DNA of 11,078 nucleotides from Fusobacteriota bacterium (GTDB lineage: Bacteria > Fusobacteriota > Fusobacteriia > Fusobacteriales > JBNJFI01), in assembly GCA_051746725.1 (NCBI GenBank), contig JBNJFI010000068.1, forward strand, positions 1 through 11,078, read 5' to 3'. This document shows, piece by piece, positions 1-7,690 of the stretch. A program made the translations under genes and the position numbers. Positions within the stretch are counted from its first letter, which is position 1. Each line of letters opens with the position of its first letter. Under the pieces are notes generated by a model that did not search any database, was not told the DNA's origin, and was given only the letters and a program-made list of their open reading frames with translations.

Positions 1-54
1 ACCATATATATCTATTGTTGTCAAATTTTTTTCTAATCTTTTTTGCCTTTTTTT
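1..54 (-). promoter_or_regulatory. sigma70-type promoter firing out of the left edge of the window
   Basis: The minus strand reads ...AGAAAAAAAT-TTGACA (24-19), then a 17-nt spacer ending in TGG (4-2), then T (1). This gives a perfect -35, canonical spacing, an extended -10 TG and the first T of the -10 box. The rest of the -10 is outside the window. Upstream A-tracts (26-32, 39-44, 48-54) resemble an UP element. Confidence 0.7.
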
Positions 55-76
55 ATTTCTACAACCTTTCCTTGCC

Positions 77-143
77 TTTTGCACATGTTTTGCACATGCA
101 CAACCCTTTGATTAATAGGTTTATTCTTTTTTTGTGTGTAAAA
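77..143. promoter_or_regulatory. cluster of DnaA-box-like 9-mers (TTWTNCACA)
   Basis: TTTTGCACA at 77-85 and 88-96 on + (part of the tandem repeat TTTTGCACATG x2, 77-98), and TGTGTAAAA at 135-143 (TTTTACACA on -). All three fit TTWTNCACA exactly. Confidence 0.5.
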
Positions 144-174
144 GTTATTTTTTTGAGTTTTTATCTATATATGC

Positions 175-212
175 AAAAAAAACAAGATAAATTAATTTAT
201 CTTGTTTTTTTT
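175..212. terminator. bidirectional intrinsic terminator (perfect palindrome) downstream of leuS
   Basis: AAAAAAAACAAGATAAATTAATTTATCTTGTTTTTTTT is its own reverse complement. It has a T8 tail on both strands and begins 12 nt after the leuS stop. Confidence 0.8.
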
Positions 213-224
213 ATTTTTTTGAAT

Positions 225-2795
225 TTATTTTCCTACTACTATATTAACTATACGACCAGGTATAATTATTTTTCTTTTTATCTCTTTTCCATCAGTATAT
301 TTTTGGACTTTTTCAGATTTAAATGTTATTTTCTCAATTTCTTCTTTTGAAGCTTCTTTAGAAACTTCAATTGTATCTCTTAATTTTCCATTTACTTGCA
401 CTCCTATTTCTACTGTATCCTCTTTTGTTAATTCTTCAATAAATACAGGCCACCCTTTTTTGATTTTTCTATCTACTTTAAACCATAATTCTTCTATTAT
501 ATGAGGCACAAATGGATTCAACATTAAAAGTAGTTTATTTAATGCATCATTCCATATTTCCGGTTTCTGCCCAACATCATCTCCGTTATCAATAAAATCC
601 TGCTTAAAGGAATACATATCGTTGACTAATTCCATAATCGCCGCTATAGCAGTATTAAAGTGAAATTCGTCTTCTATACTCTCAGTAACTTTTTGGACTG
701 TCTGATGTATCTTTCTCAATAGATCCTTTTCTTGCTTAGTTATTTTTTTTATATCTATCTCTTCATCTTTTCCATAATCTTTGGTTTTTATAACTAATCT
801 CCAAACTCTATTTAAAAACCTATTTGCACCAACTAAACCATTCTCATTCCACTCTAACTCTTTTTCCGGAGGTGAAGCAAATAGGGTAAATAGTCTTGCA
901 GAATCTGCACCATATTCATTTAATATCATTTCAGGATCTATACCATTATTTTTTGATTTTGACATTTTTTCAACCTTAACCTTTAAATCACTTCCACAAT
1001 CTGGACACTTATCATTTTTAACTTCTGAAGGATAATAATATTTTTTGTCCTTTTTACAGTAATATGATGGACCTAATACCATTCCTTGGGTAAGCAAATT
1101 TTTAAATGGTTCCTTCGTATCTACAAGTCCCATATCTCGTAATACTTTATGAAAAAATCTAGAATACAATAAATGCATGACTGCATGTTCTACTCCCCCT
1201 ATGTATTGATCTACTGGAGACCAGGCATTGGCATTTTCTTTTTTAAATGGAAGTGAGTCTGATTTAGGATCAGTATACCTTAAGTAATACCAAGATGAAT
1301 CTACAAAAGTATCCATTGTATCAGTTTCTCTAACTGCTTTTTTACCACATTTTGGACATGTAGCATTTTTGAATTTATCTGACGTTTCCAATGGATTTCC
1401 ATGTTCTGTGAATTCAATATCCCTTGGTAACTTTACCGGAAGGTTTTCTTCTTTTTCTATTTGAGCTCCACAGTCTTCACAATAGACCACCGGTATTGGT
1501 GTTCCCCAATATCTCTGTCTAGAAATTAACCAATCTTTTAACTTGTAATTTACTCCTACGCTTCCGTAACTATTTTCTTCTATATATTCATTTATTTTTT
1601 TTATAGCTTTTTTATTATCTAATCCATTAAACTCTCCAGAGTTAATTAATATACCTCTATCTGTATAAGCATCTTCAATTTCAGATGCGTTTATCCTTTC
1701 ATCTTCTGGAGTAATAACAACTTTCATATCTAAATTATACTGTTTTGCAAACTTAAAATCTCTTTCATCATGTGTCGGTACAGCCATTACTGCACCAGTA
1801 CCATAATCTGTAAGCACATAGTTCCCTATCCATAGTGGTATTTTTTCTCCATTAACTGGATTTATAACATACCTTCCAGTGAAAACCCCTTTTTTGGATT
1901 TCCCTTGTGCCATCCTCGATATTTTATCTTCATTTCTCATGGCCATGACTTCTTCTTTTATTTCTGGTTTTTCCTCTAATATATCATCAACCATATCGTA
2001 TTCAGGAGCCAAAACTAAGTAAGTTACCCCAAATATTGTATCAGGTCTAGTTGTAAATACAGGTATTTTAGTCTCACTATTTTCTAGATTAAACTCTATC
2101 GTAGTTCCATAACTTTTTCCTATCCAATTTTTTTGCATGGTTACTACTTTTCGAGGCCAACCTGATAGATTATCTAGTTCTTCTAATAACTCATCTGCAT
2201 ATTCAGAAATCTTAAAAAACCATTGTTGTAAGTCTTTTTGGATTACATCTGTCCCACATCTCCAACATTCTCCATCCTCAACCTGCTCATTGGCCAAAAC
2301 AGTGTTACAAGTTGGACACCAGTTTACATTTGATTTTTTCTTATAAACCAACCCTTTTTCATACATCTTTGAAAAAATCCATTGATTCCACCTATAATAT
2401 TCTGGTTTATAAGTCGCTATTTCTCTATCCCAATCATAAGAAAATCCTAAAGTTTTTAATTGTTCTTTCATATTATCTATATTTTCTCCAGTCCATTTAG
2501 CTGGATGAATTTTATTTGCTATAGCTGCATTTTCTGCTGGCATTCCAAACGAATCCCACCCTATTGGGTGAAGAACATTATAGCCTTTCATAGATTTATA
2601 CCTTGAAACCACATCTCCAATTGTATAGTTTCTAACATGCCCCATATGAATCTTCCCTGATGGATAAGGAAACATTTCTAATACATAATAATTTTCTTTA
2701 TTTTCTACTTCATTCTGTGTTTTAAACCTTTTTTGCTCTTCCCACCTTTTTTGCCATTTTTCTTCTATTTCAGTAAAATTATATTCTTCTACCAT
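225..2795 (-). CDS. leuS: leucine--tRNA ligase
   Basis: 856 aa. Contains LEMFPYPSGKIHMGH (HIGH), KMSKS, the CP1 editing motifs TTRPDT and YGTGAVMAVPTHDERD, Zn knuckles CPTC/CWRC and CEDC/CPKC, and C-terminal VQVNGKLR. The SD AGGAGG overlaps the pyrD stop. Confidence 0.99.
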   Translation of the reverse strand: MVEEYNFTEIEEKWQKRWEEQKRFKTQNEVENKENYYVLEMFPYPSGKIHMGHVRNYTIGDVVSRYKSMKGYNVLHPIGWDSFGMPAENAAIANKIHPAKWTGENIDNMKEQLKTLGFSYDWDREIATYKPEYYRWNQWIFSKMYEKGLVYKKKSNVNWCPTCNTVLANEQVEDGECWRCGTDVIQKDLQQWFFKISEYADELLEELDNLSGWPRKVVTMQKNWIGKSYGTTIEFNLENSETKIPVFTTRPDTIFGVTYLVLAPEYDMVDDILEEKPEIKEEVMAMRNEDKISRMAQGKSKKGVFTGRYVINPVNGEKIPLWIGNYVLTDYGTGAVMAVPTHDERDFKFAKQYNLDMKVVITPEDERINASEIEDAYTDRGILINSGEFNGLDNKKAIKKINEYIEENSYGSVGVNYKLKDWLISRQRYWGTPIPVVYCEDCGAQIEKEENLPVKLPRDIEFTEHGNPLETSDKFKNATCPKCGKKAVRETDTMDTFVDSSWYYLRYTDPKSDSLPFKKENANAWSPVDQYIGGVEHAVMHLLYSRFFHKVLRDMGLVDTKEPFKNLLTQGMVLGPSYYCKKDKKYYYPSEVKNDKCPDCGSDLKVKVEKMSKSKNNGIDPEMILNEYGADSARLFTLFASPPEKELEWNENGLVGANRFLNRVWRLVIKTKDYGKDEEIDIKKITKQEKDLLRKIHQTVQKVTESIEDEFHFNTAIAAIMELVNDMYSFKQDFIDNGDDVGQKPEIWNDALNKLLLMLNPFVPHIIEELWFKVDRKIKKGWPVFIEELTKEDTVEIGVQVNGKLRDTIEVSKEASKEEIEKITFKSEKVQKYTDGKEIKRKIIIPGRIVNIVVGK

Positions 2796-2804
2796 TTTTG
2801 CCTC

Positions 2805-3713
2805 CTATATTTTAAAAGTTCCTCTTATTTCATCTAGATCTTGAATCCCTTTTTTCTCCATATATCCTTTTAAATCATCTAATATCTCCATGGTAACAAC
2901 GGGGTTATATAAATTAGCAGTACCAACTTGAACTGCTGTAGCTCCTACTATTAAAAATTCTAATACATCTTTATAATTTTGAATACCCCCCATTCCTATA
3001 ACCGGTATATCTACAACTTTGCAAACTTCCCAGGTCAATCTAAGAGCAACTGGTTTTATTGCAGGACCAGATAGTCCACCTATAACATTAGCTATCTTAG
3101 GCCTTTTAGTTTCAATGTCGACAGCTAAGCCTACTAATGTATTTATCAAAGAAATAGAGTCAGCGCCAGCAAGTTCTACAGCTTTTGCAATTTTGGTTAT
3201 ATCTGTAACATTAGGAGTTAATTTTACCATAATATGATGGTTGGTATTTTTTCTCACTTCTTTAACAACCTTACTGGCCATACCTGGATCTGTTCCCATA
3301 TTTATTCCTCCAGCTTTTATATTTGGACAAGATATATTAATTTCTAATCCCCCTAAATCATCGATATGATCTAACTTTTTTGCTATCAAACCAAACTCTT
3401 CTACAGTATTTGCAGTTATATTTACAAAGGTTTTGGCATCTAATTTTTTTAACTTCGGATATTTTTCCTGTATAAATCTATCTACCCCTACATTTTGGAA
3501 TCCAATAGCATTTAACATCCCACCAGGAACTTCTAATAATCTTGGCATTTCATTTCCTTGTCTTTCTTTTAAGGTGGTCCCTTTAACTACTATTCCACCT
3601 AATTGATTTAAATCAATTAATTCTTTAAATTCATCTCCATATCCAAAAGTTCCAGAGGCTGTCATTATAGGATTATTTAATTCAACTCCTCCTATATTCA
3701 CTTTCATGTTCAT
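2805..3713 (-). CDS. pyrD: dihydroorotate dehydrogenase B (NAD+), catalytic subunit, class 1B
   Basis: Motifs NPIMTASGTFG, catalytic NISCPN, VKLTPNVTDI, GGLSGPAIKP and GATAVQVGTA. Start moved from the track's TTG at 3719 to ATG at 3713, because GAGGTG lies 8 nt upstream and this ATG forms an ATGA overlap with the pyrK stop. Confidence 0.96.
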   Translation of the reverse strand: MNMKVNIGGVELNNPIMTASGTFGYGDEFKELIDLNQLGGIVVKGTTLKERQGNEMPRLLEVPGGMLNAIGFQNVGVDRFIQEKYPKLKKLDAKTFVNITANTVEEFGLIAKKLDHIDDLGGLEINISCPNIKAGGINMGTDPGMASKVVKEVRKNTNHHIMVKLTPNVTDITKIAKAVELAGADSISLINTLVGLAVDIETKRPKIANVIGGLSGPAIKPVALRLTWEVCKVVDIPVIGMGGIQNYKDVLEFLIVGATAVQVGTANLYNPVVTMEILDDLKGYMEKKGIQDLDEIRGTFKI

Positions 3714-4516
3714 TGCCAAATCACCTCGCTTGCTTTAAAAACCGGACCATCCTGACAAACTTTTTTGTGTTCCCATCCATTTTTCTTTTCCTCATTTTTT
3801 ATCTTCTGAACACATCCAACGCAGGCACCTATTCCACACCCCATATAAGTTTCAAGGGATAAATACGCTAAAACATTATATTTGCAAGTTATCATTGCAA
3901 TCTTCTTCATCATAATTTCAGGGCCACAAACAAAAATTATTATCTCTTTTTTATCTTTATTTTTTTCTAAATATGATTTTAACTCTTCTGTTATATATCC
4001 TTTTTTGCCAAAAGATCCATCATCAGTAGTTATTATTAAATTTTCAGAATTCCCTCTTTTATTATAATCATCTAAAAGTAACTCTTTTTTATTTTTAGAT
4101 CCATAAAATAATTTCCAATTTTCATATTTATCCATTATATATGAAAAAGGTGCATAACCTATTCCTCCAGCGACTAATAGCAATTCCTTCTTCTTATTTT
4201 TCAGTTCATCCTTATTTAAACTAGGAAATCCATTTCCAAGAGGACCTAAAACATTTAATTTTTCACCTTTTTTGAATTTCGCAAGTTTTTGTGTTCCTTT
4301 TCCTATTACTTTATATATTATAGAAACCTTATTTCCTTTTATATTATTTATACTTATAGGTTTTCTGAGCAAATTACTAATTCCCTGGGCTACCTTTATT
4401 TCCAAAAATTGTCCTTCACTAGCTTCATTTGCTATTTCTGGAGATTTAAATGTCAGTTTGTATATCCCTTTTGCTACCTTTTGGTTTTCTAAAATTTCCA
4501 CATCCTTTAAATGCAT
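3710..4516 (-). CDS. pyrK: dihydroorotate dehydrogenase electron transfer subunit (FAD, [2Fe-2S])
   Basis: FAD motif LRKPIS, GPLGNGF, NAD motif LLVAGGIG, CGPEIMM and the [2Fe-2S] ligands MGCGIGACVGC...VCQDGPVF. It is adjacent to pyrD. Start 4516 is preferred (GGAGG 5 nt upstream). ATG 4528, overlapping the sigH stop as TAATG, is the alternative. Confidence 0.95.
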   Translation of the reverse strand: MHLKDVEILENQKVAKGIYKLTFKSPEIANEASEGQFLEIKVAQGISNLLRKPISINNIKGNKVSIIYKVIGKGTQKLAKFKKGEKLNVLGPLGNGFPSLNKDELKNKKKELLLVAGGIGYAPFSYIMDKYENWKLFYGSKNKKELLLDDYNKRGNSENLIITTDDGSFGKKGYITEELKSYLEKNKDKKEIIIFVCGPEIMMKKIAMITCKYNVLAYLSLETYMGCGIGACVGCVQKIKNEEKKNGWEHKKVCQDGPVFKASEVIWQ

Positions 4517-4527
4517 TTGATCCTCCA

Positions 4528-5145
4528 TTAATTATTTTTATAAACTTTAATCCAACTTTCACTTTTATTACGTATTCTTTGTATTGCATTATCTATGGAT
4601 TTAGCATCTTTTGATAACTTTTCTGAAATATCTATATATGTATATCCATTAACTAATAGTTTGAATACATCAAATTCAAAATCACTTAAATGATCTTCTA
4701 AATAACTTTGAAGTTTTAATATCTCTTCTTTAGTAAATAAAAGTTCTTCTGGATTATAGAAAATATATGATTCCAATATATTCTTTTGATGACTACTTAG
4801 TTTTGCTTCATCCTTACCGCTATTCATTTCAGTCGCCTTATTTAAAGGGGTATGTTTATTGGCATTTGCACTTTTTATCGCTGTTATCAATTGTCTTTTT
4901 ATGCATATAGAAGCAAAAGTTCTAAATGAAGCTAACCCCTCTTCATCATACCCTCTTATAGCATTTAACAATCCAATCATACCCTCTTGTATTAGATCTT
5001 CTTTATCTCCACCCATTAAAAAATAATTTCTAGCTTTAAAATATACAAAGCTTTTATATCTATCAAATATCTCACTTAAGGCACTTTCTTCTCCAGACTG
5101 AGCAGCATTTATCAAGTTTTCTCCTAATTTTTGTTCTTCATACAT
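4528..5145 (-). CDS. sigH: RNA polymerase sigma factor, SigH (Spo0H)-like
   Basis: Region 2 YFLMGGDKEDLIQEGMIGL...SFRTFASICIKRQLITAIK...KHTPLN and region 4 KSIDNAIQRIRNK match the SigH family. It lies directly downstream of rlmB. Start 5145 is preferred (AGGAG 9 nt upstream), whereas ATG 5154 abuts the SD with no spacing. Confidence 0.9.
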   Translation of the reverse strand: MYEEQKLGENLINAAQSGEESALSEIFDRYKSFVYFKARNYFLMGGDKEDLIQEGMIGLLNAIRGYDEEGLASFRTFASICIKRQLITAIKSANANKHTPLNKATEMNSGKDEAKLSSHQKNILESYIFYNPEELLFTKEEILKLQSYLEDHLSDFEFDVFKLLVNGYTYIDISEKLSKDAKSIDNAIQRIRNKSESWIKVYKNN

Positions 5146-5157
5146 TCCTACCATCTC

Positions 5158-5859
5158 CTATTTGTTTGAGATTTCTGAAAGTAATATTCCTCCTGCAACT
5201 GAAACATTTAAAGAATTAACTTTTCCTACCATGGGAATTTTTATTTTTATATCACAATGTTCTTTAACTTTTCTTCTAATTCCTTGACCTTCACTCCCTA
5301 AAACTAAACAGCTTTTTTTAGGGTATTTTTCTTTTTTGTAATCGATAGCACTATCTGCCTCTGCTGCGTATACCCAAAAATCAATCTTCTTAATTTTATC
5401 GATAAATTTAGATATATTAGTTACTTCTACTATATCTATATGTTCAATTGCTCCAGTTGAAGTTTTTATCACTGTTTCATTTATTCCCGCACTTCTTCTT
5501 TCAGGAATGACTATCCCATCTACTCCAAAAGCCTCGGAACTTCTAATCAAAGCACCTAAATTTCCCGGATCCTTTATTTGATCTAAAATTAAAACTATTG
5601 ATTCATCCTTTATTGCAATTTTTTCTAAAAATTCTCCTTCTGGAACTAAGTAATCATAGTTTTCTATATAAACTGCAACTCCCTGGCTTCTATCTTCTCT
5701 CTTTTTGGTTTTTACTATAGATATCTTATTTTGTTTTGCTAATTTTATTATATCAGATATATTATTTTGTTTTATATTTTCATATATTTCTAGTTTTATA
5801 ATGTCTTTATTCACTTTTAAAGCTTCTCTTACTGGATTTATGCCTACTATTTTTTGCAC
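5158..5859 (-). CDS. rlmB: 23S rRNA (guanosine-2'-O)-methyltransferase, TrmH/SpoU family
   Basis: N-terminal GINPVREAL and SPOUT motifs LDQIKDPGNLGALIRS, VLGSEGQG and IPMVGKVNSLNVSVA. The GTG start overlaps the murA stop (TAGTG) and has a GAGGTG SD. Confidence 0.92.
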   Translation of the reverse strand: MQKIVGINPVREALKVNKDIIKLEIYENIKQNNISDIIKLAKQNKISIVKTKKREDRSQGVAVYIENYDYLVPEGEFLEKIAIKDESIVLILDQIKDPGNLGALIRSSEAFGVDGIVIPERRSAGINETVIKTSTGAIEHIDIVEVTNISKFIDKIKKIDFWVYAAEADSAIDYKKEKYPKKSCLVLGSEGQGIRRKVKEHCDIKIKIPMVGKVNSLNVSVAGGILLSEISNK

Positions 5860-7130
5860 TATTTCACCTCAAATTTCATTCGTTTTATTTGTGCTCCTAA
5901 TTTTTCTAATTTATTTTCAATCTTTTCATAACCTCTATCGATATGATAAACTCGATGTATTTGAGTTTTCCCTTTAGCTATCAAGGCCGCTAAAACTAAA
6001 CTAGCTCCTGCTCTTAAATCTGAAGCCATAACCTTTGCTCCTTCTAGCTCTTTTACCCCTTCTATTATTGCCATTTTATCTTCGACTATTATATTTGCTC
6101 CCATTCTATTTAATTCTTGAACTTGCATAAATCTATTTTCAAAAATAGTCTCTCGGATTTCGGATTTCCCCTGTATAACAGAAAGAAGAACCATTATTTG
6201 GGCCTGTAAGTCTGTAGGGTATCCAGGATATGGCATTGTTCTAACTTCTACAGGCTTTAAATCATCTAATTTTGATTTCACTTCTATTATATTTTTAGAT
6301 TCATAAAATTTAACTCCCATATCTTCTAATTTTGCTTTAAAGCTGTCTAAATGATCTAAATTTCCATTTTTTATTTTTATTTTATTTCCAGTCAATATTG
6401 AAGCAATTATAAAAGTACCAGTTTCAATCCTATCGGGAATAACATTATGTTTACATGGAGTAAGTTTTCTCACGCCTTCTATTTTTAATTTAGAGGTTCC
6501 TATCCCTGATATCTTGGCTCCCATTTTATTTAGAAAATTACAAAGATCAGATATTTCAGGTTCTTGAGCTGCATTTTCTAAAACCGTTGTTCCTTGGGCT
6601 TTTATTGACGCCATCAAAATATTTTCTGTTGCTCCTACACTTGGAAAATCCAGGCAAATATTTGCCCCATCTAAAGAACTAGCATTTGCCTCAACATATC
6701 CATGCTCTAACTCTATCTTAGCTCCTAATTTTCTAAATCCCTCTAAATGAAAATTTACAGGTCTTGCTCCTATTGCACATCCTCCTGGTAACGAAACTTT
6801 TGCTTTTTTGACGTTAGATATAAGTGGACCCATTACCAAAAAAGAAGCTCTCATGGTTTTTACTAAATCATAAGGAGCTTCTATATCTTTAACTCCGTTA
6901 TTTATTATTTTGTAACTGTTTTTTTCTATTTTTTCTATTTTTAAACCTAACTCTTCTAAAAGTTTTACCATAGTCTTAATGTCTTTTAAATTTGGAACAT
7001 TATTAATTATATATTCCCCTTCTTCTATTAGAGTTGCCGCTAATATAGGTAAAGCCGAATTTTTAGCTCCACTAATATCAACTATCCCCTCTAATTTTTT
7101 ATCTCCTTGTATTTCAAATCCATCTATCAT
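5859..7130 (-). CDS. murA: UDP-N-acetylglucosamine 1-carboxyvinyltransferase
   Basis: Motifs [22 protein letters not shown], catalytic-Cys loop [36 protein letters not shown] and HIDRGYE. SD GGAGG, with an ATGA overlap to the upstream gene. Confidence 0.99.
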   Translation of the reverse strand: MIDGFEIQGDKKLEGIVDISGAKNSALPILAATLIEEGEYIINNVPNLKDIKTMVKLLEELGLKIEKIEKNSYKIINNGVKDIEAPYDLVKTMRASFLVMGPLISNVKKAKVSLPGGCAIGARPVNFHLEGFRKLGAKIELEHGYVEANASSLDGANICLDFPSVGATENILMASIKAQGTTVLENAAQEPEISDLCNFLNKMGAKISGIGTSKLKIEGVRKLTPCKHNVIPDRIETGTFIIASILTGNKIKIKNGNLDHLDSFKAKLEDMGVKFYESKNIIEVKSKLDDLKPVEVRTMPYPGYPTDLQAQIMVLLSVIQGKSEIRETIFENRFMQVQELNRMGANIIVEDKMAIIEGVKELEGAKVMASDLRAGASLVLAALIAKGKTQIHRVYHIDRGYEKIENKLEKLGAQIKRMKFEVK

Positions 7131-7690
7131 TTTTCCTCCCCTTCACATATCGGACATTTTTTCCCAAATACTTTATCTATCAAAGTTAATTTTTTGAAAT
7201 CATCTGCGTATTCTGGAAGTTTTTCTTCAACCATATTATAATGCTTTTTGCATATTTTATTTCCTCTATTTTTACTAAAAATTTCTCCTAGCCCTGCATC
7301 TATAAAATCTTGGTCCATATCTCGTATTGCCGGATCATCAACTTCTTCTTCTAAAGCCTTTTTTGATACCACAACCAATCCTACATTTCCATTATACTGA
7401 ATTCCATCTACTAGCTGATATCTTAAATCCTTTTTTTCAGCTTCTTTAATATAGGGTTTTAATTTTTTTATATCCACTTCTCTAGTCATTTTTAATAAAT
7501 AGGTCTCTTCTTTATCAAATAATTCTATAATTTCAGGATAAACATCATCTTCTTCTAATTGATCTTTATATAATAGCGCCATTACTCTTTCCTTATATTC
7601 ACCTAAATATTTATTTTTTTCTCCTTGAATCTTCATGATTTTCATTTTGTTCTTTTCTTTTTCCTCTATAAACTTACTAGAATCCATCAT
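7127..7690 (-). CDS. YueI / DUF1694 family protein with C-terminal CxxH...CxxC extension
   Basis: [10 protein letters not shown]...YPEI...YIKEA...[10 protein letters not shown] resembles the YueI/DUF1694 pattern (recognised from memory, not searched). ATGA overlaps at both ends. The start could be the second ATG at 7687. Confidence 0.7.
   Translation of the reverse strand: MMDSSKFIEEKEKNKMKIMKIQGEKNKYLGEYKERVMALLYKDQLEEDDVYPEIIELFDKEETYLLKMTREVDIKKLKPYIKEAEKKDLRYQLVDGIQYNGNVGLVVVSKKALEEEVDDPAIRDMDQDFIDAGLGEIFSKNRGNKICKKHYNMVEEKLPEYADDFKKLTLIDKVFGKKCPICEGEEK

Noticed and set aside
77..98. TTTTGCACATG x2 as a CRISPR or mobile-element repeat
   Set aside because: There are only two adjacent 11-bp units with no spacer, and no cas, transposase or integrase gene in the window.
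15..350. 111-aa hydrophobic plus-strand ORF
   Set aside because: It has a TTG start without an SD, and its Phe/Leu/Tyr richness simply reflects T-rich DNA. It runs through the promoter, boxes and terminator, and is antisense to the leuS 3' end.
5112..5160. Hairpin occluding the sigH ribosome-binding site, as described for Staphylococcus aureus sigH
   Set aside because: No inverted repeat covering the SD is visible. There is only a second AGGAG inside the coding region, which the Leu-Gly-Glu codons explain.
6766..6792. MurA active-site loop as a fosfomycin-resistant variant
   Set aside because: The loop is [11 protein letters not shown] with the catalytic Cys intact, which is the ordinary sensitive type.
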